A stretch of 64,000 nucleotides of DNA. Source: Sedimentisphaerales bacterium. GTDB taxonomy: Bacteria > Planctomycetota > Phycisphaerae > Sedimentisphaerales > SM23-30. The position numbers and the translations under genes were made by a program. Positions 37,328 to 48,095 of the stretch are shown one piece after another. The notes under the pieces were generated by a model. The model saw only the letters and a program-made list of their open reading frames with translations. It did not search any database and was not told the DNA's origin. The DNA is taken from positions 1 to 64,000 of the forward strand of contig CAXXFK010000027.1 in NCBI GenBank assembly GCA_963663965.2. Reading direction: 5' to 3'. Position 1 is the first letter of the stretch. Each line of letters begins with the position of its first letter.

Positions 37328-38478
37328 TTGGTCTTATCGGCTATCTGCAGTAAAACGGTTTCCAATTTGATCATCTGTTTTTCGGCATTAAAGTCCTGCT
37401 CGATTTTTAACCGGGCGGCCAGCCCAAACTGCTGTCTCAGATCGGCATCCCGCGCCAGCTGTGCCATACTATCTGCCATCGCCACACTATCGGTTTGTTC
37501 CACCAGAAAACCGGTGCGGCCATGATCGATCAGATCCGGGATCCCTCCGCAATGGGTGGATACCACGGGCAAGCCACAGGCGCATGCTTCCGCGATGGAC
37601 ACCGGCGACCCTTCGCGGACCGTCGAATGCTGCAGGAAAACATCCGCATATTGCAATGTTTTCTTCATCTCCGGATGGGGAAGCATCCCGGTAAAAATAA
37701 TCCGGTCTGCGATTTGGAGCTGATGGGCCAGTTGTCGCAGGTTATCCAGTTCCGGTCCTTCCCCAATCAGGGTCAGTTGAGCGGAGACATCCGCTTTCTG
37801 CATCATCAACGCAAAGGCTTTCAGGGTATAATCCAATCCTTTGATGGGAATCAGACGCGACAAGGTGACAAACCGGATGGCGTCGGTTTGAGGTTTGTCA
37901 GCCACCGGGCAGAATTCCTGGATATTAACGCCATGCGGCAGGCAATGAAGGCCTTGTTCCTGCGCGCCCAGGTCCCGCAGAATGGCGCGATGATGCATAC
38001 CGGTATGAATAACAGCCTGGAAATATTTCAGATTGTGCCGTAAGGCGTCCTGATACCGGGGGTCTTCCCCGGGCATCCGATCGACATCATGCCCCAGGAA
38101 ATAGACCGCTATCGGGATCTTCAGGCTCCGGGCGGCCGGTAAAATCCTTAATCCGATCGGACCATACTGACACAGGATCACCTGCGGCCGGGTTTGTTTC
38201 AGATAGCGCCGGATAGCACGATGATCACCACGATATCCCCAGGGATTACGCGTTCTTTTAATCTGCCATTCATCGATCTTTCTCTGCCAGCGCGTTCGAT
38301 CGGGCAGTTGGTTCATATCGATAAGCTGGGTGGGTATCCCGTCCAGAGGGTATAGCTGCCGGTTTTTGCAGGACCAGGTCAGCAGAGACGGACTGAGTTG
38401 ACGAAAAGCCAGCAACTGCCGCCACATCCAGACTTCGGACACCTCTCCAATTGTATCACAGATAAAGCCTAATTTCAT
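37318..38478 (-). CDS. Glycosyltransferase family 4
   Basis: SRLIPIKG, GEGPE and EGSPVSIAEACACGLPVVSTHCGGIPD (EX7E motif). Confidence 0.92.
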   Translation of the reverse strand: MKLGFICDTIGEVSEVWMWRQLLAFRQLSPSLLTWSCKNRQLYPLDGIPTQLIDMNQLPDRTRWQRKIDEWQIKRTRNPWGYRGDHRAIRRYLKQTRPQVILCQYGPIGLRILPAARSLKIPIAVYFLGHDVDRMPGEDPRYQDALRHNLKYFQAVIHTGMHHRAILRDLGAQEQGLHCLPHGVNIQEFCPVADKPQTDAIRFVTLSRLIPIKGLDYTLKAFALMMQKADVSAQLTLIGEGPELDNLRQLAHQLQIADRIIFTGMLPHPEMKKTLQYADVFLQHSTVREGSPVSIAEACACGLPVVSTHCGGIPDLIDHGRTGFLVEQTDSVAMADSMAQLARDADLRQQFGLAARLKIEQDFNAEKQMIKLETVLLQIADKTKSS

Positions 38479-38526
38479 TAGTACACATCCACCGGAAGAG
38501 CGATATCGAATCTCCCCTGCTCTTCC

Positions 38527-39540
38527 TTATATCTTCATCATTCTTCGGAACAGCCATTCCACCGCCTTAGTAACTGACCGCTTGCGTCTTACAAAGCTGA
38601 TATCGATACCGGTTAAGACCGCATCGAACGGAAACAGGATCAAAATCAACATCAGTGCCTTTTGCATCATACTGGTCGCTTCCGGATAACTGGACAGTAA
38701 CGAACCCACCCCGCGATAGAAGCGATGCACATACATGATATACATGAATTGACGGATTTTTTTCCGGATAAATCCTTCAAATTCTTTGTGCTTGTCAAAT
38801 GCCTGCGAGAGTCGGCGATGCCGGCGAATCAGAACATGGCGTTTTTTCAGGTCGAAACGATAAACCCGGGTAATCCCCCCCGTTGTCAGATGGCGATAAA
38901 TTGCCAGGGGCCGGTCCAGATAGCCAATCTCAGGATAACGATAGGCAATTCTTAAAAACAGATCGGTATCGTGAGCCCATTTCTGGCCGTGACGGAACAA
39001 TCCGGTTTCATAAAAAATATTGCGTTTAACCATCAGGGAGGTGGTCAGCGGGTAGATTCCCGCGCTATAGGCCTGGAAAAAATCAGCGACTTTTCCCGAT
39101 TCCAGCGCGTAACGGCCGGCCAGTTCCTCCTTGAAAGACCGCTGGTGATTATCCCTGGAATACTGGATCGTGTAATTGGTACAGATCCATTTGAGATCGG
39201 GATATCGCTGAAGGGATTGAATCTGACAGGCCAGTTTATCCGGCAACCAGAGATCGTCGGCATCCAGAAACGCAATCCAGTTACCGCGAGCCAGTTTGAT
39301 CCCGGTATTCCGGGCGGCGCTGCCACCGGCGTTTTCCTGGTAATGATACCGTACCCGGGCTCCATAACGCCGGATGACCGCTTCCGAATCGTCCGTGGAA
39401 CCATCGTTCACGGCAATAATTTCCAGCGGCGGCGCGGTCTGATTCAATACGCTTTCAATAGCCGAACCGATCGTGCGCCCGGCGTTATAAACCGGAATCA
39501 CCACACTCACCTGAATGGAATTTGAATTCAAAACTGACAT
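38527..39540 (-). CDS. Glycosyltransferase family 2
   Basis: SVVIPVYN, VNDGSTD, ARNTG and FLDADD. Confidence 0.92.
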   Translation of the reverse strand: MSVLNSNSIQVSVVIPVYNAGRTIGSAIESVLNQTAPPLEIIAVNDGSTDDSEAVIRRYGARVRYHYQENAGGSAARNTGIKLARGNWIAFLDADDLWLPDKLACQIQSLQRYPDLKWICTNYTIQYSRDNHQRSFKEELAGRYALESGKVADFFQAYSAGIYPLTTSLMVKRNIFYETGLFRHGQKWAHDTDLFLRIAYRYPEIGYLDRPLAIYRHLTTGGITRVYRFDLKKRHVLIRRHRRLSQAFDKHKEFEGFIRKKIRQFMYIMYVHRFYRGVGSLLSSYPEATSMMQKALMLILILFPFDAVLTGIDISFVRRKRSVTKAVEWLFRRMMKI

Positions 39541-39661
39541 ATCAATACACGGTACTACATAAAACTGGTCGGTCTGATTCCTTAAGGATTGGGTTCAAGT
39601 TCTGGATAAAACGCCACCCAGCCTACTCAAATCCCCGGTCGAACTGAAAACCAGGCAATCG

Positions 39662-40375
39662 TCAGGATTTCCTCAAAATCAGGGTATAGGCATTGTGAAT
39701 TGTCCATTTAATTTTCAGCCATTTATCGATACGGCGCGATACGTGAAGCAGGAAATCCACCATTTTTACCTCAGAGGTTCTGAAAGGTTCATTATGGTAT
39801 TTACCGTAACGAAAAACCAGTTTTTCGACGCGAAACCGTTCCGAAATAGGATCAAAACTGGGATTGGCCATTTCCTGGCAGAGACAATTGATGATAACCG
39901 TTGGATTATACGGCTTGATATGATCCATATTATCGTAAAAGCCATCCCACAGAATGGGAGTACTCACCATCAAAATGCCATCCTGATCCAGCACCCGGTC
40001 GATCTCCTTTAATAACCGGATTAAATCCGGATATTTCAGATGTTCAATTAAATGGCTGCAATGAACCATTGAGACGCTGTGATCATCGAAGGGCAAAGGT
40101 TCCGGCGCGATATAATGGACCGTTTCAGGATAGCGTGTTTTTAACGCCTCCACCGCAACGGGATTACCTTCCAGGGGATAAAGCCGGGTGTACTTATCCC
40201 TTAACTTCAAGTGATCCAGAAAACTGCCATCACCCGAACCGATATCCAGAATAACCGCCTGAGGATCCTTTGGCAGATAATCCACCGCCAGTTCATAAAA
40301 AGAGTCGCGCGGCCGGCTGAATCGCTTTCGATACTCCCATTCAGTTTTCCAGGTTTGATACCAGTTCTTCATCAT
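39662..40375 (-). CDS. Class I SAM-dependent methyltransferase
   Basis: ILDIGSGDG, LPFDDHS, CSHLIEHL and RVLDQDG. Confidence 0.88.
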   Translation of the reverse strand: MMKNWYQTWKTEWEYRKRFSRPRDSFYELAVDYLPKDPQAVILDIGSGDGSFLDHLKLRDKYTRLYPLEGNPVAVEALKTRYPETVHYIAPEPLPFDDHSVSMVHCSHLIEHLKYPDLIRLLKEIDRVLDQDGILMVSTPILWDGFYDNMDHIKPYNPTVIINCLCQEMANPSFDPISERFRVEKLVFRYGKYHNEPFRTSEVKMVDFLLHVSRRIDKWLKIKWTIHNAYTLILRKS

Positions 40376-40463
40376 TTATAAACCAAATTTAGAAATCCAG
40401 AGAATAAAACAATTCACCCGGATAGCGGGCGGTCCCACTGATCCGGATTAAAATAACGATTCC

Positions 40464-41759
40464 TCAGGTTCCCGAACCGGCATTCAGTTGCCATTGCGTA
40501 TCGACCCGGAATAATCCTTTGGAGATATAAATACCCAGGTTGGAATTATCCACCATGAATTCCAGGCAATTTTTGACAAAATCATACGCCGGATTCTTTT
40601 CATTATTACCCACCCAGACCGAGGCATAATATTTCCCATTATTGAACCGGTTGTTGGCCAGTTTCACCCGGATTCGATTGACGCCTGCTTTCAGGTGCAT
40701 CACCTGATTGTCATCGGTACTGACCATATGCACAATGCGTGAATCGTAAAGATCTCGGATTGAAATGGCAACCATACAGACGATGGATTGAGAAGCCTGA
40801 ATTTCGACATCAAAGACAATGTCGTCCCCCCCTTTAAAAAAGCCGCAATTCCGGCCTTCGGCATCCCGGATCGCCGCCTGACGCACAAAAACAACCGGCG
40901 GACGCTCGACAATCTCTTTACGATCACCCAGAAAGACTTCGCCCTGCCGCGATTTTTCGATCATACTGGAAAGGTAATTCGGCACGATATCGCCGGTTAA
41001 TCCCATTTCTTTCACCCGGCCCTTTTCCAGCCAGACACAATGCTGGCACAGATTTTTGATGGCAGCGATATTGTGGCTGACAAACAATACGGTTCGCCCT
41101 CCTTTGACAACATCTTCCATTTTTCCCAGGCATTTAGCCTGAAACTGGATATCGCCGACCGCCAGCACTTCATCGATAATAATAATTTCCGGTTCGAGAT
41201 GCGCCGCCACGGCGAAAGCCAGACGGACTTTCATGCCGCTGGAATAACGTTTGACTGGCGTATCCAGAAATTTTTCGATCCCGGAAAAGGCGATGATATC
41301 ATCGAGTTTTTTCTCGATTTCTTTCTTGCGCATCCCGAGAATGACGCCATTGAGAAAGATATTTTCCCGGCCGGTCAATTCGGGATGCATCCCGGTTCCA
41401 ACCTCCAGCAGGGAACTCACCCGCCCCTGAATCCGCACCTGGCCTTCGGTCGGGGTGGTGATCCGGGACAGAATTTTTAACAGGGTGGACTTACCGGCGC
41501 CGTTGGCGCCAATAATGCCAACCACTTCGCCGGAGCGGATTTCCAGATTGATCTCTTTCAGGGCCCAGAGCGATTGGCTTTCAAAGGCGTCCTGGTCCGG
41601 ATTCGCGGCGCAGGCAGTAGCCCTGCGTAAAAGCTTTTTTGGAAGATCACTGACGACCTCGCGGAAGTTCCGGGTCAGGTTGGCCATCTCACCCAACCGG
41701 TATTGCTTTCCCAGATTTTCTATTTTTATGACTATCGGACTTTGCATACTTCTCGACAA
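40464..41759 (-). CDS. Polysaccharide ABC exporter ATP-binding subunit (Wzt-like, with C-terminal domain)
   Basis: GANGAGKSTLLK, LLEVGTGMHPELTGREN, YSSGMKVRLAF, DEVLAVGD and VSH. Confidence 0.93.
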   Translation of the reverse strand: MSRSMQSPIVIKIENLGKQYRLGEMANLTRNFREVVSDLPKKLLRRATACAANPDQDAFESQSLWALKEINLEIRSGEVVGIIGANGAGKSTLLKILSRITTPTEGQVRIQGRVSSLLEVGTGMHPELTGRENIFLNGVILGMRKKEIEKKLDDIIAFSGIEKFLDTPVKRYSSGMKVRLAFAVAAHLEPEIIIIDEVLAVGDIQFQAKCLGKMEDVVKGGRTVLFVSHNIAAIKNLCQHCVWLEKGRVKEMGLTGDIVPNYLSSMIEKSRQGEVFLGDRKEIVERPPVVFVRQAAIRDAEGRNCGFFKGGDDIVFDVEIQASQSIVCMVAISIRDLYDSRIVHMVSTDDNQVMHLKAGVNRIRVKLANNRFNNGKYYASVWVGNNEKNPAYDFVKNCLEFMVDNSNLGIYISKGLFRVDTQWQLNAGSGT

Positions 41760-41786
41760 TATCTCATGATCAACAGGTAACGATTT

Positions 41787-42629
41787 TCAAACGATATCGG
41801 CAAACACCTGTTCGGTCCTGTTAAAATACCATAATCCCAGGCTTAAAGCAACTACCGTAAACGGTAAGCCCAGTAGAAACCCTTGCCATGGTATCGTCTG
41901 CCATTCGGTTGTGTAGGGGCTCAGAAAACACCAGCGGTGCAATTCGATCAGGCCGGCCATGGGATTGAGATGATACAGAATCCGCAGGTTTTCCGGGATT
42001 TTGCTGGAAGGCGCTATGACCGATAAGAACATCCAGATTTGTACGATAAAAGGTACTACCACACTGATATCACGGTATTTTACATTGAGAGAAGCAAAAA
42101 ACATCCCAATCCCCATTGCGTTAACAAAAATTAACAGATATATGGTGGGTAATAAAAGAACCAATTCCCATTTTTGCGGGTAAAGTTTCAAACCCATTAA
42201 TATCACAAACATCACCAGCAGGGAGATCAGATAATCGACCAATTTGGACATACTGCTGCTCAATGGCAGAATAATCCGGGGAAAATAAACTTTGGTCAGC
42301 ATCCCGGCGTTCACTACCAGAGAACTGGTTGAGGTGACCATACAATTGGCAAATAACTGCCATGGCACCAAACCAACGATATAAAAAGCAAACGGATTGG
42401 TACCCGCCGGCGACAGTTTACCTATTTTGCCAAAAATCGCACCAAATACCAGCATCTGGATGACCGGGACCAAAACAAACCATAAAAATCCAAAAAGTGT
42501 CTGTTTATATCGTATCTGAATATCACGCAGTGTCAAAAAATACATCAGATCACGGAAATGCCAGAGCTCTTTAAAATCAAAAAAGCGATTTCCACCCGGC
42601 TTAATAATCAGACTGGTATTTTCCATCAA
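41787..42629 (-). CDS. Polysaccharide ABC exporter permease (Wzm-like)
   Basis: RDIQIRYKQT, KVYFPRIILP, LNVKYRD, LNPM and FADIV; multiple hydrophobic segments. Confidence 0.93.
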   Translation of the reverse strand: MMENTSLIIKPGGNRFFDFKELWHFRDLMYFLTLRDIQIRYKQTLFGFLWFVLVPVIQMLVFGAIFGKIGKLSPAGTNPFAFYIVGLVPWQLFANCMVTSTSSLVVNAGMLTKVYFPRIILPLSSSMSKLVDYLISLLVMFVILMGLKLYPQKWELVLLLPTIYLLIFVNAMGIGMFFASLNVKYRDISVVVPFIVQIWMFLSVIAPSSKIPENLRILYHLNPMAGLIELHRWCFLSPYTTEWQTIPWQGFLLGLPFTVVALSLGLWYFNRTEQVFADIV

Positions 42630-43094
42630 AAAAGAATAATCCGTATAATATTGTTAAATATATAGTTACGTTACAGACAGAACGATAGTAACAACAAAAA
42701 ACTCTAACCTATGTTTCCATACATTTCTGTCGAGTGATAACTGACATTATATAACATACGCTTTAGTTTTATTATCACAAAATAATTTATTCCTTAATAA
42801 AACAGGTTATATCTTATGCAGGCTAATTTACTAGAAAAAACGTGAAAAAACGTCATTTAGCCTTGACTATAAAGGGTGTATCGTTTAATTTGGACCCGAT
42901 GATTATTAAGCCATGTTGTTTTTTCGCAAACATGGTGGTATAATATAGTAGAAAACCTGCTATTATCATCATTCCTTAAAGTTCGATCGCTCTGGCGAAA
43001 GTCTCTGTGTTAGAGATTTATGCAATTATACAATTCCTACTTATATTCGCTCGCCAGGGTAAAATTGTTCCATTATTTTTTTGGAGGTCTTATC

Positions 43095-44063
43095 ATGAGA
43101 CACAGAAAAGGTTTTACTCTTATCGAGCTGCTGGTTGTTATCGGCATCATCGCCCTGCTGGTATCTATTCTGATGCCCGCATTGGGTCGCGCTCGCGAGC
43201 TGGCCAAGCGTGTACAGTGCGCCAGTCAGGTGAACGGTATTCTGAAATCCATGGTTCTGTATGCCAATGACAACCGTGGCGCGTTCCCGCAGGCCAAAGG
43301 TAATGTGCTTGCCAACCATTTCTTTGGTAACTTTGTGAATCAGGCAGTCAGCCAAGATGCATCGGTTAACAACGAGCCCTACAGCCCTGGTTATGCCAAC
43401 CTGTCATGGGGTAGTTGGGGCGCACACAGTCGCGGTACCGTGAGCGGCAGCTTGTACCTGCTGATCAAGTACACCGACCTGGTGCCCAAGATGTTCGTTT
43501 GTCCCAGTTCCAATGACAAACCGATGAACATGGAAGATGCCATCCGTCTGCAAGTTGCTGGCCCGGCCGGTGAAGTCGTTGAAAACTGGACCGACCTGTG
43601 GGATTTCAAAAACCAGGACTATCTGAGTTATTCTTACAATGACCCATGGTATCGTTCTCTGGATGACTCTTCTTCCTCGGCCCTGGCCGTATTGGCCGAT
43701 GCCAACCCCGCGTTTGATACCACCACCGGCGCATATGATCCTGATGCCGGTAATACCCCCCGCTGGTGGCCCAACACGGATCTGCCCAGCGTTGGTTCCT
43801 GGACCGACAATGAAGGCGGCAATATCCGTCATGGTAACACCAACAGTCACAACACCGAATGCCAGCAGGTTGGTTATGCTGACTCGCACGTGAAGAAAGA
43901 AGAAAAACCCATCGTCGGTATTGGCGAAGACAACATCTACTCTTCCTGGGATGCTGCCAACACCTATCCGAAGATGGTCGGATTCTGGGCCGTTGCCGGT
44001 CAGGCCGATATGTATCGCGGCAGAACTTCTGCTGATATGAACGATTCGTTCCTGGGTCAGTAA
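43095..44063 (+). CDS. Prepilin-type N-terminal cleavage/methylation protein (planctomycete H-X9-DG-like family)
   Basis: [36 protein letters not shown] and [22 protein letters not shown]. Confidence 0.9.
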   Translation: MRHRKGFTLIELLVVIGIIALLVSILMPALGRARELAKRVQCASQVNGILKSMVLYANDNRGAFPQAKGNVLANHFFGNFVNQAVSQDASVNNEPYSPGYANLSWGSWGAHSRGTVSGSLYLLIKYTDLVPKMFVCPSSNDKPMNMEDAIRLQVAGPAGEVVENWTDLWDFKNQDYLSYSYNDPWYRSLDDSSSSALAVLADANPAFDTTTGAYDPDAGNTPRWWPNTDLPSVGSWTDNEGGNIRHGNTNSHNTECQQVGYADSHVKKEEKPIVGIGEDNIYSSWDAANTYPKMVGFWAVAGQADMYRGRTSADMNDSFLGQ

Positions 44064-44087
44064 TTACTGAACTGACTTTTTAACAAC

Positions 44088-44124
44088 AAAAAACCGGCGG
44101 TAGATTTATCGCCGGTTTTTTTTT
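44088..44124 (+). terminator. Intrinsic terminator
   Basis: AAAAAACCGGCGGTA-GATT-TATCGCCGGTTTTTTTTT. Confidence 0.85.
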
Positions 44125-44147
44125 ATTGCTTCATTTTAGAGAACTTT

Positions 44148-45662
44148 ATGACGACACGGATCTGGGCAACAATATGTCTCGTACTGGCGGTTATCGTTAA
44201 TCCGTATACGGTCAGAATCGTTTTTGCCAGCTATTGCGGAGACGATTTGGAGACCAGCCGGAAAGCAATCATTCTCCTGTTTCAATTCATGACAGCTTTG
44301 TCAGGATTGATGCTGATACGCCCGCAAAAGACCCGGTCTTTTTTTGTCAGGCATAAAAAACTGTTTTTTTCGATCATCCTGCTGTTCCTTATCCTGGGGC
44401 TGTTCGAACTGTTTTCCATGGCCGCTTTATATGTTTTCAGTGAATACAAGCATATCCATTTCAAACCGGTTTTAAAGAACAGTATATCCGAAATAACCCG
44501 GACATATATTCAAAAGGCGCTGGCGGACGATTCCAGCTATTACCGTTACGATCCCTATCTTGGCTGGTCCATCAAGCCCATGGGCCAGATCCGTTTCGAC
44601 GCCGATGACAATGGCGAACCGGCTTACGATTACCATGCCAATTCGATCGGAATTCGCGCCAATCGGGAGTATCCCTTACAACCGGAACCCGGTAAGATTC
44701 GCATTTCGACGTTTGGTGATTCATTCACCCATTGCGATGAGGTAGATGACTTGAATACCTGGCAGCAGCAACTGCAACAACTGGACACCTCCCTGGAAGT
44801 TGTCAATGCCGGATGCGGCGGTTATGGACTGGATCAGGCCCTGTTAAAATACTATTCATTGAGAAAACTTATCAAGAGTGACATCGTGTTGATCGGGTAT
44901 ATGACCGAGAATATCAACAGAAACATCAATACATTCCGGCCCTTTTATTACTCTGACACCAACATGCCCTTTTCCAAGCCAGTTTTTACTCTGGAAGATC
45001 ATCAGTTGCGCTACGTCAGGAATGTCCTGGACAGCCGGGAGAAATTAATCGCCTTTTTGGACAATCCCACCCCTTTTCTGGTTGAGTTAGAAAAAAATGA
45101 TTATCATTATCACTGGCGTAGTGAACATACCTGGCTGGATGCTTCCTCACTGGTCAAACTGGGTAAAACCCTTAAACAGGAATTTGGCGATGACTATATT
45201 TACCGATCCACATCACAACCCTGGCAATTGACACTCAGTCTCTTTCAGCAATTTTTCACACAGGTCCATCAGGATAACGCCTTGGCGGTGGTGGTTATGA
45301 TCGCCAGCAAACCGGTTTTTCAAAGCCCCAGGTACCGGTCCAGATACGCCGCGTTTTTCAAAGATTTCGAATCCCGGGGCATTTTATTCATCAACCTGGC
45401 CGACGAGATGCAATCCATGGCCGATCAGGACATTGACGGTCTGTTTCAAAAACAGGGGCATTACTCGAGTCAAGGCAATGCCCTCGTGGCGCGTATTATC
45501 CATAACTACCTGATCAATAAACAGTTACTGGATGAAAACGCACGCCGTTTATGGATTGAAAAATCGCAATCGGCTCAAATCAATATCAGCAATCTCAACG
45601 ATATTTTAGCAGACGTCTCCATTCCTCCGGCTTCAATCGAATCGGCCGGCAATCAACCTTGA
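44148..45662 (+). CDS. Membrane-anchored SGNH/GDSL-like hydrolase
   Basis: N-terminal transmembrane helices, FGDSFT, NAGCGGYGLDQ and GHYSSQGN. Confidence 0.78.
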   Translation: MTTRIWATICLVLAVIVNPYTVRIVFASYCGDDLETSRKAIILLFQFMTALSGLMLIRPQKTRSFFVRHKKLFFSIILLFLILGLFELFSMAALYVFSEYKHIHFKPVLKNSISEITRTYIQKALADDSSYYRYDPYLGWSIKPMGQIRFDADDNGEPAYDYHANSIGIRANREYPLQPEPGKIRISTFGDSFTHCDEVDDLNTWQQQLQQLDTSLEVVNAGCGGYGLDQALLKYYSLRKLIKSDIVLIGYMTENINRNINTFRPFYYSDTNMPFSKPVFTLEDHQLRYVRNVLDSREKLIAFLDNPTPFLVELEKNDYHYHWRSEHTWLDASSLVKLGKTLKQEFGDDYIYRSTSQPWQLTLSLFQQFFTQVHQDNALAVVVMIASKPVFQSPRYRSRYAAFFKDFESRGILFINLADEMQSMADQDIDGLFQKQGHYSSQGNALVARIIHNYLINKQLLDENARRLWIEKSQSAQINISNLNDILADVSIPPASIESAGNQP

Positions 45663-45688
45663 CGGCCAGGGCACTGCTAACGATTCAG

Positions 45689-46483
45689 TTATAATCCCAG
45701 CACATCCGCCATGTTATAATATCCCGGTTGTTTTCCGGCCAGCCACTGGGCGGCGCGGAGGGCGCCCCGGGTAAAAGTGTCGCGGGAATGGGCGCGATGT
45801 CGAATTTCCACGGTTTCTCCCAGGGCCGAATAAAGGACGGTATGTTCCCCGACGATATCGCCGGCCCGCACGGCGTGCATGCCGATCTGACCGGATTGAC
45901 GCAGGGCGTCCCGGCCTTCCCGGCCATGATCCAGACACCCCGGCCAGGGACGATCAGTCGCGGCGGCGATCTGGCGGCCCAGTTCCAGCGAGGTGCCGCT
46001 GGGGGCATCCTTTTTAAACCGGTGGTGGGCTTCGACAATCTCGATATCGTAATCCGGACCCAGACTGCGGGCGACCTGGCCCACAAGTTTGAACAGCAGA
46101 TTAACTCCTAAACTCATATTGGCGCCCAGCAGAACCGGAATCTTTTCCGCCGCCTTTTTCAGCATCTCGATATCGGCGTCATCCAGTCCGGTCGTTCCGA
46201 TTACCACAGGGATCTGATTGTCAGCACAATACGGAATCCATTTGCGGGTTCCGGCAGGCAGGGAAAAATCAATCATGACTTCCGGCTTCGATCCGGTAAT
46301 CGTATCGGTCAAGGCAACTCCAGAAGGACCGATTCCGGCAAGTACGCCGGCATCCTGTCCCAGCAGGCCGCCCTCAGCACAATCCAGCGCGGCAACCAGT
46401 TCGAAGTTACCCGACTCTTTGGCAAAGGCCATGAGTTTGCGGCCCATTCGGCCACCCGCACCATTTATGGCTAATTTTATCAT
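45689..46483 (-). CDS. dapB: 4-hydroxy-tetrahydrodipicolinate reductase
   Basis: GAGGRMG, GTTG, EAHHRFKKDAPSGT and RAGDIVGEH. Confidence 0.97.
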   Translation of the reverse strand: MIKLAINGAGGRMGRKLMAFAKESGNFELVAALDCAEGGLLGQDAGVLAGIGPSGVALTDTITGSKPEVMIDFSLPAGTRKWIPYCADNQIPVVIGTTGLDDADIEMLKKAAEKIPVLLGANMSLGVNLLFKLVGQVARSLGPDYDIEIVEAHHRFKKDAPSGTSLELGRQIAAATDRPWPGCLDHGREGRDALRQSGQIGMHAVRAGDIVGEHTVLYSALGETVEIRHRAHSRDTFTRGALRAAQWLAGKQPGYYNMADVLGL

Positions 46484-46496
46484 GATTTGCTCTCGG

Positions 46497-47846
46497 TTAT
46501 TTTTGGGTTAACACTTTAATAATGGCGGCCAGATCGTTATCGACCTCGACCGGTTTATTGGAAAATTCAGTTCCTTTTTCAATATGGTAGTTTACCGTCG
46601 CACCGGGATCTTTCAACTGATGGCCGGTCAGAATACAGACCACCCGTTCATCCGGGCCGATAATCCCCTGTTGCCGCAACAGTTTCAATCCGGCAACCGA
46701 CGCGCCCGAGGCCGGTTCACATCCCAGGCCCCAACGCCCCACTACCGCTTTGGCATGGAGAATCTCTTCATCGGAAACCTCACGCACCACGCCATTGCAT
46801 ACCTCTAATGCCCGCAGACATTTTTTCAGATTGACCGGGCGGGATATCTCAATCGCCGTGGCAATCGTATCAGGTCGATAGCCCCGGGCATCCAGATCGG
46901 CAAAATAAGCGTCTATCGAGGTTTTGTCAACACGACCTTGATTGTATCGAATTTTTCTATTTTCATAGAGATCAAACAGGGTATTGGCCCCGCTGGCATT
47001 AATTACTGCCAGACGCGGTACGCGATTGACCAGACCCAACTCTTTCAGTTCCATAAATGCCTTGCCAAAAGAACTGCTATTGCCCAGATTGCCGCCGGGA
47101 ACCACAATCCAGTCCGGCACTTCCCAGTTCAAACCTTCCAGCACGCGGTACATAATGGTTTTCTGACCTTCCAGACGGAATGGATTCAATGAGTTCATCA
47201 GGTAAAGTTTTAAATCCCGCGCCACATCTTTCACCTGACGCATACAGTCATCAAAATCCCCGCGAATCTGGACCGTCCGGGCGCCAAAATCCAGCGCCTG
47301 ACTCAGTTTACCGTAGGCAATCCGGCCGGATCCAATGAAAACCGAACAATCCATCCCGCAGGAATGGGCATACACGGCCATTGACGCGGAGGTATTGCCC
47401 GTGGAGGCACAAACGACATGTTCTGCCCCCACCATACGGGCATGCGAAAACGCGCCCGCCATACCATTATCCTTAAAAGAACCGCTGGGATTCATGCCTT
47501 CATACTGCAAAAAAACCCGTGCGGAATTACTGCCGACATACTTGGCCACACCGTCATTGCACTGCAGCAGGGTCTGGCCTTCGCCGATGGTAACGCAATA
47601 GCGTTCATCACAGAAAGGCAGCAGGTTGCGAAAACGCCAGACACCGGAATGATTCAACGGAACCCGCCGGGTACTCCAGCGATTCTCAAACCATTTTAAG
47701 TCTTTGGGTGGGGATAACTTATCCCAATCGTAAGCGGCATCGAGCAGATCACCGCACTTCGGACAGGCAATATGCGTCTCTTCAACTCCGTAAGTCGATC
47801 CACAATCGATATTTATACACTTTTGCCAGACTGCCTTATCGTTCAC
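46497..47846 (-). CDS. thrC: Threonine synthase
   Basis: [10 protein letters not shown] (PLP lysine), [26 protein letters not shown] and TGHQLKDP. Confidence 0.93.
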   Translation of the reverse strand: MNDKAVWQKCINIDCGSTYGVEETHIACPKCGDLLDAAYDWDKLSPPKDLKWFENRWSTRRVPLNHSGVWRFRNLLPFCDERYCVTIGEGQTLLQCNDGVAKYVGSNSARVFLQYEGMNPSGSFKDNGMAGAFSHARMVGAEHVVCASTGNTSASMAVYAHSCGMDCSVFIGSGRIAYGKLSQALDFGARTVQIRGDFDDCMRQVKDVARDLKLYLMNSLNPFRLEGQKTIMYRVLEGLNWEVPDWIVVPGGNLGNSSSFGKAFMELKELGLVNRVPRLAVINASGANTLFDLYENRKIRYNQGRVDKTSIDAYFADLDARGYRPDTIATAIEISRPVNLKKCLRALEVCNGVVREVSDEEILHAKAVVGRWGLGCEPASGASVAGLKLLRQQGIIGPDERVVCILTGHQLKDPGATVNYHIEKGTEFSNKPVEVDNDLAAIIKVLTQK

Positions 47847-48095
47847 GAGTCTTCTCCATGGTTATCTTTAATGTCCTATCAGGTAATAAGTTGGCTATTT
47901 TAGCATAAAACCCAAACGCGTCAAATCATCTCTTGAATCTGTTATAATTCTTCAATATCTTGAATAAAATTGTAACAGTCTCGCATCTTCTCCGTCTAAT
48001 AATTAAAGTTCTCCCATAATATCATTAATATAAAAACAGCCGTCAGACAAGATAACCCATCAAGTCATAACCTATTTTTGGAAAAGGATCTCATC

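Noticed and set aside
39600..39626. REP-like half site (CCACCCAGCCTAC), and a similar remnant near 11150-11172
   Set aside because: Single degenerate arms with no partner copy in the window.
42630..43094. Riboswitch or JUMPstart/ops element in the divergent wzm-prepilin intergenic region
   Set aside because: Only a short hairpin (CCATGTT...AACATGG) and AT-rich promoter-like DNA; no recognisable consensus.
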